From a virus (Duplodnaviria; Caudoviricetes), in the IMG/VR virus record IMGVR_UViG_3300042904_000419, positions 326 through 64,325 of that record: a stretch of DNA of 64,000 nucleotides. One strand, 5' to 3'. The notes under the pieces are model-generated. The model made no database searches. It had not been told where the DNA came from and was given only the letters and a program-made list of their open reading frames with translations. Position numbers and translations under genes: made by a program. Every line of letters starts with the position of its first letter. Position 1 is the stretch's first letter. Positions 19,392 through 29,315 of the stretch are shown one piece after another.

Positions 19392-19521
19392 CTGTCGTCT
19401 CCTGCAGAGTCCCTGCCTACGCTGATACTATATCGCACGCGAAACAGTTTACGCAAGGACTTGAACGAGTTTCCCCGCAACACCGGCAGGCCCTTGCGCA
19501 TCCCTCGCCGAACAACGCCGC

Positions 19522-19776
19522 ATGCCTGACCACGATACGACCCCGCCGCCCCCGCTGCCGAAATACGAGCTCGACCTCCTCGTGGATGCCGTCACCGAAG
19601 CGATCGACCTGGCCGAGAGCGGCGAGGTCCTGAACGGCTACCGGTGCCTCCTCGGCGGCCTGGAACGCGCCACGGAAAGCGAGGAGGCCGGCGATGCGCA
19701 CGGGCCGGAGCTGGTGCGCCGCTACCGGCTGGCGCTGGAGCGCTACGGGGAGCGGTGGGGCGTCAAGATCGAGTGA
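19522..19776 (+). CDS. hypothetical protein
   Basis: 84 aa ORF with coding-like codon usage. Confidence 0.6.
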   Translation: MPDHDTTPPPPLPKYELDLLVDAVTEAIDLAESGEVLNGYRCLLGGLERATESEEAGDAHGPELVRRYRLALERYGERWGVKIE

Positions 19777-19795
19777 AGGGGCTACCCTGCGGGGA

Positions 19796-20203
19796 TCACC
19801 GTATCTCCTCAACTAGAATGTAATCCGCCTCCGACTGCACCAGGCGCGCGTCAAGGGATGGGGCGGGCTGAAGGTCGGCCGGGTTCAGAATCTCGAAGGG
19901 GTAAAGCTCGGCGAGCGCCACGCGGAGCGACCCATCCGGCAGGAGCCAGTGCAGCACGGAGTAGCCGCTCCCCACCGCATCGTGGCCCATCCCCCGGTAT
20001 TCGCCGGCCACCGCCCACAGACGCCGGAGGTCCACGGTCCCGCGGGGGCATGTGACCCGTAGCGTGGCCTCTGCGCCGTGCACCGAGACGCGGAGGCGCA
20101 CCCCGGGCCACTCCCGCGCCAGCCGCGCTCGGAGGAGTGGCGCCACCTGGGCCAGCGGCAGGGGCTCAACGGGAGGCTCTGAGGCCAGGTCTGGCTCACT
20201 CAT
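19796..20203 (-). CDS. hypothetical protein, last gene of the early operon
   Basis: Overlapping-gene chain. Confidence 0.6.
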   Translation of the reverse strand: MSEPDLASEPPVEPLPLAQVAPLLRARLAREWPGVRLRVSVHGAEATLRVTCPRGTVDLRRLWAVAGEYRGMGHDAVGSGYSVLHWLLPDGSLRVALAELYPFEILNPADLQPAPSLDARLVQSEADYILVEEIR

Positions 20204-20632
20204 CAGCTTGCTCCATCTCCACGAACTCCGGATGCTGGCTTGCCATATGTCGATGCAGGTCCGCGAAAGTCCGGTTACAGCAGGGGCACACGCCGTTCGC
20301 CACCCGGTTGCGGATGCGCGTCACCACGCCGCGGGTAGCACTGAGCCGACGCTCCGCCTGCTCCTTGGCCTCCCGCTCCCGGTCCTTCTGTTCCCGTTGC
20401 CAACGCGCGTCCGCTTCCACCTGTGACAGCCGCACCTTCTGGGCGTCTAACTGCTTCCGGAGTTGGTCCGCTTCAGATTCCCGGAAGATTGCGGGTGTCC
20501 ATTGGGGCAGTAGAAGTTCGCCCCATCCTTTCGGCGGGCGCTCAGGAGCGATTCCGGCGCCGCATAGGGGACCCCACAGGAACAGCAGGTCAATGTCTCC
20601 AGCGTCGAAGTCCAGGTCATCGTTTTTAGCAT
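20196..20632 (-). pseudogene. zinc-binding coiled-coil protein with apparent frameshift near 20488
   Basis: N-half CCSCG...FYCPNGH and C-half RESEADQLRK...CPCCNRTF.DL.RHM...H lie in different frames. Confidence 0.7.
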
Positions 20633-20883
20633 TTCGACTCCCCCTTCCACTTCCTCGTCTTCTCTCGCAACAGTTCCACGGCCTGCTCCACGTCGCCGTC
20701 CGCAGCGCACTGACACGCGCGCAAGATGCTGAGCGCGATCGGATACGCCGCGATATCCAGCATCTGGAGCGAGCCGGCCACTGCCAGCAGTGCGGAGAGC
20801 GCGTCGGCCAGGGGTTCGCTATCGGGGAGGCGCGGCGCCGGGGCCAACGGCAAGGGCTCAACGGGAGGCTCCTGCTGGTTCAT
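20626..20883 (-). CDS. hypothetical protein
   Basis: GGAGG SD, ATGA overlap. Confidence 0.6.
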   Translation of the reverse strand: MNQQEPPVEPLPLAPAPRLPDSEPLADALSALLAVAGSLQMLDIAAYPIALSILRACQCAADGDVEQAVELLREKTRKWKGESKC

Positions 20884-21303
20884 GCCTCCTCCTCCAGCGC
20901 TCGAATCCGGGCCGCAGCCACCTCGGCCCCGCGGCCGTGCCCCGTGATCCCCTCCGCCACCTGGGCGCACCGCTCCCGCTCGCCCCGTCGCCTCGGCCAG
21001 CAGCGCGTCGAGGGCGGCGGTGTCGACGGGTGCGGCGAGGGCGGAGTAAATCACTTCCCGCAGACTCGCCAACGGCACCCAGCCGCCCGCGTCTACCCGC
21101 CGGCGCAGGTCCTCCAACGCCTCCCGCAGCGCCTGTTCCCGCGCCTGGGCGATGGACATCTCCCGCGCCGCTGCTGCCCCCAGCGCGGCCACCAAAGAGC
21201 GCATCACGCCGTCTGGGGCGTAGTGGCCCACCTCTCCCAGGAGCCGGTCCAGCGTGGCCAGCAGGTCCGCGTGGGTGTCGGGTAAGACTAACTCCTCGCT
21301 CAT
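20880..21303 (-). pseudogene. hypothetical protein with apparent frameshift near 20987
   Basis: C-terminal ERERCAQVAE...AAARIRAL segment and its TGA are out of frame with the N-terminus. Confidence 0.55.
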
Positions 21304-21668
21304 CCGTTCCTCGCTTCCAGTATCACCACGGGCACGCCCTGTGCCCGCGCGTAGTTGATCGTCGACCACGTCCCGCCGCGCTGCCGCCCGTCCCAGCAGG
21401 CATACAGCGTGCCGCCGGTGGCCTTTACCCGGTCCACGATCTCGCGATTGCGGATCAGGGGCGCGACCTTCGGCGGATGGTTCTGGTAGTCCGGGCGGAT
21501 GACGACGGTGGGCAAGTCATGCCGTTTCGCTGCCTGCTCCACCTGGGTGTCGAAGCCCACGGCACCCCCGTGGATCCACGTCGCGCCCGGATGCGCTGCC
21601 GCGATGCGGTCGAGGGCCTCCGGGTCGGTCACCTTGTCGCGATGGCCGGTGAAACCGATCAGGAGCAT
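21300..21668 (-). CDS. SLOG-superfamily (DUF2493/YspA/DprA-like) protein
   Basis: GFTGHR, HGGA.GFD, RNREIVD, WDG...GGTWSTINYA. Confidence 0.8.
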   Translation of the reverse strand: MLLIGFTGHRDKVTDPEALDRIAAAHPGATWIHGGAVGFDTQVEQAAKRHDLPTVVIRPDYQNHPPKVAPLIRNREIVDRVKATGGTLYACWDGRQRGGTWSTINYARAQGVPVVILEARNG

Positions 21669-22156
21669 TGGGGCTCCTCCGTTGGCACCACCCGTGCCCG
21701 CAGCTTGGCTACATCTTCCACGCGCTCTGCCAGCCACGCCTCTTGTGCCGCCAGCAGCGCCTCTTCGGCCGCCTCCCGTCGGAAGTACAGATCGCTGACA
21801 CGGTAGGACGTATCCCGCCGCGCGCCGCTCCGATCGTGCTCCGTCTTGATCAGGGTTACCGCGCCGGATTCGTCCAAGCCGAACTCGGTCTGGTAGCTGA
21901 AATTGACCGGGACCAGGGCCGGCATGTCGAAGTAGCCCGGCGCCAGGTGGTAGTAATCGCGCCAAATCCCCATCTCGAACGCCTGCCCGTCTGCCGTCCG
22001 CTGGCTCCCGGCCAACAGCCGCCCTAGACGCTTCCGGGCCTCGCCGAACTCCTGCACCGCTTGCACCGCCGCCTCATGGCGCGCCGCCTCGTTGGCGTCC
22101 GTGAACTCCTTCCCGTCCGAGGTGCTATACGTCTCCGGTCGCTTCGTTACTCCCAT
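21659..22156 (-). CDS. hypothetical protein
   Basis: SD and overlap in the early operon. Confidence 0.7.
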   Translation of the reverse strand: MGVTKRPETYSTSDGKEFTDANEAARHEAAVQAVQEFGEARKRLGRLLAGSQRTADGQAFEMGIWRDYYHLAPGYFDMPALVPVNFSYQTEFGLDESGAVTLIKTEHDRSGARRDTSYRVSDLYFRREAAEEALLAAQEAWLAERVEDVAKLRARVVPTEEPQCS

Positions 22157-22199
22157 CCCTCCCCCTCTCTCCCAGCCGCGCCGGGCACGTCGTTCGTAA

Positions 22200-22451
22200 T
22201 CAGCGCCGCCGCCAGTAGACCCCCACCGCGGGAATCGCCTGTGCCCGGACGTGCGGTGGCACCTCGTCCCAGGTCACGTTCTCCCACCCGCCCGCGAACC
22301 GCCGCCAGCACGAAACCAGGTCCAAGCCGTCCCCGTCCTTACACCGCGCGACCGCGAACACTCCGAACAGTCCCACTTGCTCCACGCTGCGCGCCGGGAT
22401 GTGGTCCACCACCTGCTCCGGCTTGGCGATGATGCGTCTACCGAAGCTCAT
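22200..22451 (-). CDS. hypothetical protein
   Basis: ATGA overlap chain. Confidence 0.55.
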   Translation of the reverse strand: MSFGRRIIAKPEQVVDHIPARSVEQVGLFGVFAVARCKDGDGLDLVSCWRRFAGGWENVTWDEVPPHVRAQAIPAVGVYWRRR

Positions 22452-22654
22452 TGCTCGGCAATCCCGAGCACGAAGTCGTTCGCCTGTAGTGGAGCGGTGA
22501 CCGGCAGCAAGAACTCGCCCCGCATCATTCGCTGGCCCGCGTCGTAAGCCTTCTCCCGCGTGTCGATCTCCACGCCGTCGAGCTCGCGGACCGTGAACTC
22601 GATCGGCTCTGCCCCGGTGTTGTTCGCCACCGCCAAAACGTAGATCCACCGCAT
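22448..22654 (-). CDS. hypothetical protein
   Basis: GAGGAG SD, overlap chain. Confidence 0.6.
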   Translation of the reverse strand: MRWIYVLAVANNTGAEPIEFTVRELDGVEIDTREKAYDAGQRMMRGEFLLPVTAPLQANDFVLGIAEQ

Positions 22655-22881
22655 CACTCCTCGCCTTTCTTCCCCCAACCCCGCGCGTCCGGTTGCGCGC
22701 GTTCGTGCTCGTTCCACTCTCGCTGCTCCGCCTCCAAGGCGTGCAGCTCCAGGCCGCCTACCCGCTCCACCGCGCGCCACAGGGCATCCGTGAGCGCCGC
22801 CGGCAACATCCCCGCGCGCTTCGCGTCCAGGAGGTCAGCGACGGGGACGGTGACCGCGAGGGTGTGGCGCGGCGGATTCAT
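22654..22881 (-). CDS. hypothetical protein
   Basis: ATGA overlap with the MTase stop. Confidence 0.55.
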   Translation of the reverse strand: MNPPRHTLAVTVPVADLLDAKRAGMLPAALTDALWRAVERVGGLELHALEAEQREWNEHERAQPDARGWGKKGEE

Positions 22882-24446
22882 GGGGTCGCCACCCCTAGCC
22901 GCTGCTTCGCCAGCTCGAGATAATCCGCGTTGAGATCGATCCCGATGTAGCGCCGCCCGTGCCTGAGCGCGACGACTCCTGTGGTGCCGCTGCCGTTGAA
23001 GATGTCCAGCACCGTCGCCGGCACCGGCTCGCCCGCGAACGCCGGGTGACAGTCGCAGGACGGCTTCCAGCCGGTGGTCACGTAGGACGCGCAAACCGCC
23101 GGGGAGCGCTTCTGATAGCCCTTCTCGGCCCGCTCCGCGTCCGCCCCAGTGTTGCTGCCGAAGCACGCCGCGTATTCCGGCGTCGGCTCGCTCACGCGCT
23201 CCCACGGGGCGCCACAGAGCCCGCAGACCCCGTGCGCCGACGTGCTGCCGAGGATTGGCGTCTCGACCAGCTTCTCGGGGTAGGTGGCGAAGTGGCAACC
23301 GGCCACCGCCTGCGTCGGGATGGTCCAGATGGAGCGCCGGCGTCGGGTGTCGGAGCCGGAATGCAGGGTAGCCGCGGCTTGCTCCGCGCTGCATTCGTGA
23401 TACTGCCCCGCCTTGCGACTCTTCCATTCGCCGCGCGGCCGGTGCTTGCTGGGGCGTGCGGAATCGGGTGCCGCTGGCTCCCGCACCGCCACGTCATCCC
23501 AGTAGTTCTGCGCCGTCGGCGTGAACATCCAGACGTACTCGTGATCCTTCGTCATCGGCCGGTCCGGCACGCTTTCCGGGAGCGGGTTGGGCTTGTGCCA
23601 CAGGCAGTCCGCCCGCACATACCAGCCGTCCTCCTGCATCGCCACCGCGAGCCGCTGCGGCACCAGGCACAGGTCCTTCGGCTTGATCCGGTCCGCGCCG
23701 AAATCCACCGGCCGCCGCATCGCGTCCTCGCCGGTCGCCGCTCGCATCCGGGCGTGCTTCCGGGCATAGGCCCCGTCGGCATCCTGCACGGGTGCCACGT
23801 TGCCGGCCGGGGACGAGCAGTAGCTATCCGCGATGTTGATCCACAGCACGCCGTCCGGACGCAGCACCCGCCGCACCTCTCGGAACACCTCCACCAGGTG
23901 GGCGATGAACAGGGAAACCGTCGGCTCGGAACCCAGCTCCCCGCGCCACGCATGGCAAAGCTGGCAGAACTGACCCGTGGAGGCGGTGAGCGCTTCCACG
24001 TTGGAGGCGGAGCCCCGGTTAGACGCCTGCTTCTCGGAAAGCGTGTCCAGGTCGCCCCAGCGCGAGCGGCGCGGCGGTTCGAGCCCTCCCCAGGCGTGGG
24101 CGCACTCCGGATCCCCGCCCCAGACCTGCGGAACCGTGCCGTACACCCGGAGGCCGAGGTAGGGCGGGCTGGTCATCACGCAGTGGACGGAGCCGGCGGG
24201 GATGCTCCGCAGCGCCGCAATCACGTGGCCACGGAGCAGGGTCACCCGCTCGTCAGCGTAGGCCGTGACGACCAGCGGCGTTTCGGTCACCGCCACTGTG
24301 CTCTCCCACGCCCCGCCCACCGGGCACATCGCGTACGGCACGGGCGCATCTTTCCCGTTGACGCGCTCCACAAGCAGGCCGCCGTTCGGGAGCGCCTGCC
24401 CTTCCAGCAGCGCACCGTCCTGGCCACGGAGGGAAACGGTGCTCAC
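22878..24446 (-). CDS. DNA N4-cytosine/N6-adenine methyltransferase (beta class)
   Basis: TSPPY catalytic motif, HFATYP, VLDIFNGSGTT SAM-binding motif. Confidence 0.92.
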   Translation of the reverse strand: MSTVSLRGQDGALLEGQALPNGGLLVERVNGKDAPVPYAMCPVGGAWESTVAVTETPLVVTAYADERVTLLRGHVIAALRSIPAGSVHCVMTSPPYLGLRVYGTVPQVWGGDPECAHAWGGLEPPRRSRWGDLDTLSEKQASNRGSASNVEALTASTGQFCQLCHAWRGELGSEPTVSLFIAHLVEVFREVRRVLRPDGVLWINIADSYCSSPAGNVAPVQDADGAYARKHARMRAATGEDAMRRPVDFGADRIKPKDLCLVPQRLAVAMQEDGWYVRADCLWHKPNPLPESVPDRPMTKDHEYVWMFTPTAQNYWDDVAVREPAAPDSARPSKHRPRGEWKSRKAGQYHECSAEQAAATLHSGSDTRRRRSIWTIPTQAVAGCHFATYPEKLVETPILGSTSAHGVCGLCGAPWERVSEPTPEYAACFGSNTGADAERAEKGYQKRSPAVCASYVTTGWKPSCDCHPAFAGEPVPATVLDIFNGSGTTGVVALRHGRRYIGIDLNADYLELAKQRLGVATP

Positions 24447-25990
24447 GCCGCACCTCCCGTGATCATCGTCCCCGCCAGCAGCCGGCCAGCGAGGACCTCG
24501 CAGAAGCGCGGATCCGGACCCAGCAGCGCTTCGACGGTCCGCGCGACTAGCGAGAGGGGGATGGAGGCGTCCGGCAGGGCGTTCCGCAGCCGCTCGGCCT
24601 CGGCGCGCAGCTCTTCCAGTTGCTTCTCCAGGTGGTCGTTATGGGCGGCGGTCAGGTCGCGGACCTCCCGCACCTCCGCCAGCTCGCACACGGGGCAGGT
24701 CTCCCGGTCCGTGCCGTAGACGTGGCCGTGCGGGCAGACCTGCGCCAAGGCCCCATCGGCAGGGTTGGGGGAGCGGGCGCCGCCGAGAGCCTGGCGGGCT
24801 TCGCGCCCACCGTCTCCGATCACTCGCTCCGTAGACGGGTCCTCGCAGGCCCAACTCGTCTCTTCCGCGTAGAACTCCAGGGCGTGGTGGTAGCTATCCC
24901 GCTCCCGCCGCAGCTCATAGAGCGCCGTTTCCTGCGCGGTGGTCACGGCCTGGAGGCGGGCGACTTCGGCCTCCGCCTGCAGCGCCCGCGTGTGCTCCGT
25001 TTCCAGCGCCTCGCGGAGCCGGTCGGTGGTCACCTGCACTGTCGCGAGGCGTTCATCCCGGTCGGTAATGAGGCGCTGGACGGCGGCGACCAGCGTCAGT
25101 TCACTCGTAATGCCTGCCGCCGCCAGCAGATCCATCGTGCGAGCGGCGCCGAACTGGCATTGCTCTACAAAGCGCTGGAAGGTGTCCCGCTCCGCCTCCG
25201 CCGCCTTCGCCCGCGCCGCCGCCGCTTCCATCTGCGTGCGGCAGAACAGCGCCTCCGCCTCCAGTTCCGTAATCCGCCGCTGCTCCTCGGTGCGCTCCGG
25301 GGCGGAGGCCGCCAACTCGCGCTCGATCTGGTTGCAGGTGTCGCACCAGACGCCCCCCACGACCCGCGGGCGCTCACCGCACTGCTCACAGGGGAGCGAA
25401 GCCAGGTCGTTGACCGCGCGCCGCTGCGTTGGCTCATCCTGCTCTGCCGCCTGCCGCTCTTTCCGCAGCTTGTAGAAGGCCGTCTCCACAGCGCTTACCG
25501 AGCATCCCGTTGCCTTCGCGACCTTGCGCTTCCAGGCATCGCTACAAGCGGCGCGGACATCGATCCCGTCCGCCACCACCCAGGCCACCACTTCCTCGCG
25601 TACCGTCGGCTTCGTTGCGCTCATCGTCTTCTCCGTAATCTGCGTCTCCCGCACCGGGGCCGGGCGCCGCTCCTGGCTGCCGCGGGCCTCGCGCTGCAGG
25701 GCGGCCAGGTGTTCGTCGATCGTCTCGGCGGAGAGCGGCCGCACCTCCGCGCACAACTCTCGCGCGAGCTTCCAGCGACTTACCGGCGTCAGGGTGCTCA
25801 GGTCCACGCCGCGCTGCCCCACCGCCTGCCGCACCCGTTCCCGCGGCTTGCCGAGCGCCTGCAGCTCCCGCACGTCCAGGCCGGGGGCGGGGATCACGGC
25901 GGCCCGGGGTCCAGAGTGCCACCAGGCCCGCTCCCGGGCCCGCTGGACGCCACGGGAGGCCTCGGCGGAGGCCACGGTCTCGTATTTCAC
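24443..25990 (-). CDS. coiled-coil hypothetical protein with CxxC pairs
   Basis: Long heptad-rich ORF; CEQC, CDTC, CPHGH, CPVC. Confidence 0.65.
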   Translation of the reverse strand: MKYETVASAEASRGVQRARERAWWHSGPRAAVIPAPGLDVRELQALGKPRERVRQAVGQRGVDLSTLTPVSRWKLARELCAEVRPLSAETIDEHLAALQREARGSQERRPAPVRETQITEKTMSATKPTVREEVVAWVVADGIDVRAACSDAWKRKVAKATGCSVSAVETAFYKLRKERQAAEQDEPTQRRAVNDLASLPCEQCGERPRVVGGVWCDTCNQIERELAASAPERTEEQRRITELEAEALFCRTQMEAAAARAKAAEAERDTFQRFVEQCQFGAARTMDLLAAAGITSELTLVAAVQRLITDRDERLATVQVTTDRLREALETEHTRALQAEAEVARLQAVTTAQETALYELRRERDSYHHALEFYAEETSWACEDPSTERVIGDGGREARQALGGARSPNPADGALAQVCPHGHVYGTDRETCPVCELAEVREVRDLTAAHNDHLEKQLEELRAEAERLRNALPDASIPLSLVARTVEALLGPDPRFCEVLAGRLLAGTMITGGAA

Positions 25991-26319
25991 GGGGAGACCC
26001 CATCCCGCACGGCCGCGAGCACCTGCGCCGCGGTCCACGGCCAGCGCCCGAGGACGCGCGCTACGGTCGTGACCTGCTGCTCGGTCACGTCCAACTCCCC
26101 CGCCAGTGTCTTCCAGAGCCGCAACCCGGCGGTGGTCGGCGGTACCGGGCCGTCCGGGTGGAGCGCCTCACAGCAGCGCGTCACCGCCTCCTCGATGCGG
26201 GCGCGGATCCGGGCCTTGCTCTCCACGTGCGCCTCGTGGCGGCTGCCCGCGCGCGCCGCGCTCTGCTTGATGCCGCGGGAGGCGTGGTGGCGGCGATCGG
26301 TGGTGGTAGCGAGGCTCAC
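25987..26319 (-). CDS. hypothetical protein
   Basis: GTGA overlap chain. Confidence 0.55.
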   Translation of the reverse strand: MSLATTTDRRHHASRGIKQSAARAGSRHEAHVESKARIRARIEEAVTRCCEALHPDGPVPPTTAGLRLWKTLAGELDVTEQQVTTVARVLGRWPWTAAQVLAAVRDGVSP

Positions 26320-27062
26320 GGGGTCGCCTCGACTTTCCGAAACTCCACCACCCAGAGCCAGGGGTTGGCGTTCCAGGAGCCGGGCTCGTGGATGCTCTCC
26401 CAAAGCGCGCGGAACGCCTTGCGGGGGTCCTTCGGCATGCATTGCCAGGCGCACCACAGCGGGTGCTTATCGTTGGGCAGGTCCTCGGCTGGGTCGCACG
26501 CCCAGTACTTGAGTAGCCGGCCGTCCTTCGTGAAGGATCGGATGCCTTCCGCCAGCGCGTCCGCCTCGCTGATCTCCTGGAGCCGCTCCACTCGCACACT
26601 AACGACTTCCAGCGTGGTCCGGCTGCAGGAGCGATACATGAACCGGCCGCCCAGCGGGCGCGTCAGGTCCGTGGAGCGTCCCGCGAGCTTCCGCACGTTG
26701 TCCGGGGTCAGGAGCACCTCGCGCTCCTCGCCGTCCGCCAGGTAGCGACAGGTCGCCGGGAGCCCGGACTTGGCCCGCGAGGCAGCGCACACCGTAGCCG
26801 TGTCGATCCCGCTTAGCGCGTAGCTTTCCTGCACCCACAGGCGGGTGCCGACCGGGTAGGGGCAGGGGATCGGTTTCGCGCGTATGATCCCGCTCCCCGG
26901 CTCACTTTCCGGGCCGGGGTAGTGCCCATGCCAGCCGGCGCCAACACGGAGCACCGCGGGGACGTCGGACGGGAGCTTGGCCAATCGCCGCGTCTGTGTC
27001 TTCCGACCGGCGCGGACGGCTGCTACCATCGCGGCCGTAAAGAGGATCGGTTTCTCGCTCAC
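26316..27062 (-). CDS. ASCH/PUA-like phage protein
   Basis: PILF...MV.A...GRKTQTRR, CPY..G.RLWV.E, VERLQEISE.DA.AEG, W.ANPW.WVVEF. Confidence 0.85.
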   Translation of the reverse strand: MSEKPILFTAAMVAAVRAGRKTQTRRLAKLPSDVPAVLRVGAGWHGHYPGPESEPGSGIIRAKPIPCPYPVGTRLWVQESYALSGIDTATVCAASRAKSGLPATCRYLADGEEREVLLTPDNVRKLAGRSTDLTRPLGGRFMYRSCSRTTLEVVSVRVERLQEISEADALAEGIRSFTKDGRLLKYWACDPAEDLPNDKHPLWCAWQCMPKDPRKAFRALWESIHEPGSWNANPWLWVVEFRKVEATP

Positions 27063-27695
27063 AGCGCACCTCCGGTCAACTCGGCGAACATCCCCAGGAA
27101 GCGCCGTTCGGCCTTCTGCCAGCCCCACGGCTCAATCCGCATCCGGTGCGGCTCGATCCCCTGCAAGCTGTCCCAGCGCTCGATGCAGGGCGCGCCCAGC
27201 AGGTCGCGCGCCTCGGTGCAGAGCAGGATTTCATCTGCCGCCCGCACCAGGTCCGGCAACACCACCAGCCCGCCCCGCATCTCGTAGGGCAAGTCAAAGC
27301 GAAGGCAGGTCGCTGCCATCACCCGAGACTCAGCCTTCGCGTAGACCGGTCCCAGGTGCCGCTTCACCGGCCGGGGAATGTCTTTGAGGCCCAGGCCCTC
27401 CGGCGTGTCGTGGAGGAGCGCCCAGAGGCAGAGGATACGCTCCGCCCCCCCAGCTCTCCAGCAACTCCGCGGCGTGGACGGAATGCTGCCCGACCGAGTA
27501 GAAGCCGCCCTGACCCCCGAAGCGCGTCTCGCACGAAAGGCCGCGCGCAATAGCCTCGATGTGGATCTCTTCGGGGCGAGGGTCCAGCGGCCAGAACGGA
27601 CCGGAGACGGTATGGATCCAGTCGCCGATGCGGGGGTCGGTGGAGGGGTTCGGCGCCTGCGCTACGCCGAGAAGGGATCGGCTTCCTGCTCTCAC
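27059..27695 (-). pseudogene. HD-domain phosphohydrolase (YfbR-like) split by a frameshift in a G7 run
   Basis: RF.G...FYSVGQHS in one frame, ALLHD...DIPRPVK in another; run at 27445-27451. Confidence 0.8.
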
Positions 27696-28783
27696 AGCGC
27701 ACCTCCCGGCATCGCGTCGTGCGTGCGGCCGTCGAGGAGCCGGCCGGCGGCTTTCTTGCCGACGCGATACATCACCGCCTCGCGGTCTCCGTATCCGTCG
27801 TCATCGTGTCCATTCCAGGGAGTAGTCAACGGGGACCACTTCCCGCCTTGGGTGACGGTGCCCCAAGGAGTGCCGCCGAACTCCGGATTGACCGGCACCC
27901 GCCACCCGTCGCCGTCGGGTGTGCGCTCGGCGTGAAAGGGGCGGCGGGCCGTGGCGTGGGAGCACGGCACATGCTCTCCCCACTGCTTGAAGAAGAACGG
28001 CACGCCGGACTGAGCGCATTCATCCCGAAGTGCTCGGAACCAATCCGGGTGGCTCGGCCGGGCGCCGGGGCCACTCTCGCCGCCGCAGATTACCCAGGAG
28101 AGTCCGTCCAGCGCCTTCCGTCGCCCGTGGCCCGAAGAAAGCTCACTGGCGATATCGCTCCGCAGGCCCAAAGCCTCGCACGCCTGCTTGCGGCCCTCCC
28201 ACACGGGGCCGGACAGTTCCACCGGGCCAAGAAGTGGCTCCATCGAGAGAAAGCGCACCGGAATATCCGCGGGTACCGCGAGCAGGGCCGGAACACGCTT
28301 GTTCGCCCATTCCTGGTTCTCGGCGGTCGTGCCGAGCCAGACATTTGCCGGCCAACCGCCGGGCTTTAGCCACGCCTCCGGCACCATCCCCCGCACGTTC
28401 TCCGGCCGCTTGGTGAGCAGTAGCCAATCCAGGTGCGGGGTCGCCTCGATCAGCGCCCAGAGCTTCGGGCGCTCCGCATCCCAGGTCGGATGCTCCTCGA
28501 AGACGTCGGCCATGCTGGCGCAGAACACTTTCCGGCGGATGCCCGCCTTCTCGGCCTGCGCGTTCCACTTCCGGGGCTCGTTCCAGTGCTTCTCGCCGAA
28601 CGTGCGCCGCTCGGCCTTCGGTCCCCACTGCACACCGTAGCGGTTCGCCCAGGTGGCCGCGTAGCAGTGCGTGCACGCGGGGCTGATCTTGGTGCAACCC
28701 CAAAGCGGATTGAACGTGTAGCCAGGCAGCACGGAGCCATCCAATAGGCGGGTAGCGGTCCACTCGATAGTCGTTTCAGCCAT
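27692..28783 (-). CDS. phage Gp37/Gp68 family (DUF5131) protein
   Basis: TTIEWT, GCTKISPACTHCYA, LLTKRP, WVICGGESG, FFFKQWG. Confidence 0.92.
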   Translation of the reverse strand: MAETTIEWTATRLLDGSVLPGYTFNPLWGCTKISPACTHCYAATWANRYGVQWGPKAERRTFGEKHWNEPRKWNAQAEKAGIRRKVFCASMADVFEEHPTWDAERPKLWALIEATPHLDWLLLTKRPENVRGMVPEAWLKPGGWPANVWLGTTAENQEWANKRVPALLAVPADIPVRFLSMEPLLGPVELSGPVWEGRKQACEALGLRSDIASELSSGHGRRKALDGLSWVICGGESGPGARPSHPDWFRALRDECAQSGVPFFFKQWGEHVPCSHATARRPFHAERTPDGDGWRVPVNPEFGGTPWGTVTQGGKWSPLTTPWNGHDDDGYGDREAVMYRVGKKAAGRLLDGRTHDAMPGGAL

Positions 28784-29139
28784 CAGCGGGACCCTCCGGC
28801 GGTCGGGAGCGGCTGCCCGGCGAGGCGGTCCAAACCCCCATCATCAACCATTAGCTCGGAGAGGGGCGCGTCCCGGTGTGCGGCCCACGGATCGCCCATG
28901 TAGGGCAGTACCGTAAGCGCGTAAGCCGGAGCATCCGCAGCGTGCGCCTCAATCCGGGCGCACGCATCTTCAACAGTGGCGTGCGGGCCGTCTACCAGGC
29001 GCAGGTGAAAGAACGGCACGAACGCAGCGGTGTTGAACCGCACCCGGTGCGACTCGACGTAGCGGTAAAGCGCGAAGCCCTCGCCAGGCTTCAGGGTGGA
29101 CGGACTCGCGTCCGCGGGTGCTACAGTAGTAGCGGTCAT
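28783..29139 (-). CDS. hypothetical protein
   Basis: AGGAGG SD; stop overlaps the next start. Confidence 0.6.
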   Translation of the reverse strand: MTATTVAPADASPSTLKPGEGFALYRYVESHRVRFNTAAFVPFFHLRLVDGPHATVEDACARIEAHAADAPAYALTVLPYMGDPWAAHRDAPLSELMVDDGGLDRLAGQPLPTAGGSR

Positions 29140-29315
29140 GGTTCGGCGCCCTCCTACGGCGTCGACTGTGGTCGGGCTCGGACTGGCATTGGCGTGCTGG
29201 TCCGGGCCATTTTTTGTGGCTATTTCGGGTGATTGATAGGACACCGTTCAGGCTCCCGAGTTGCAAGAAAGATCACTCTTAAGTTGGCTGTCTGCGAGGC
29301 AAAAAGAAGCGCGGG

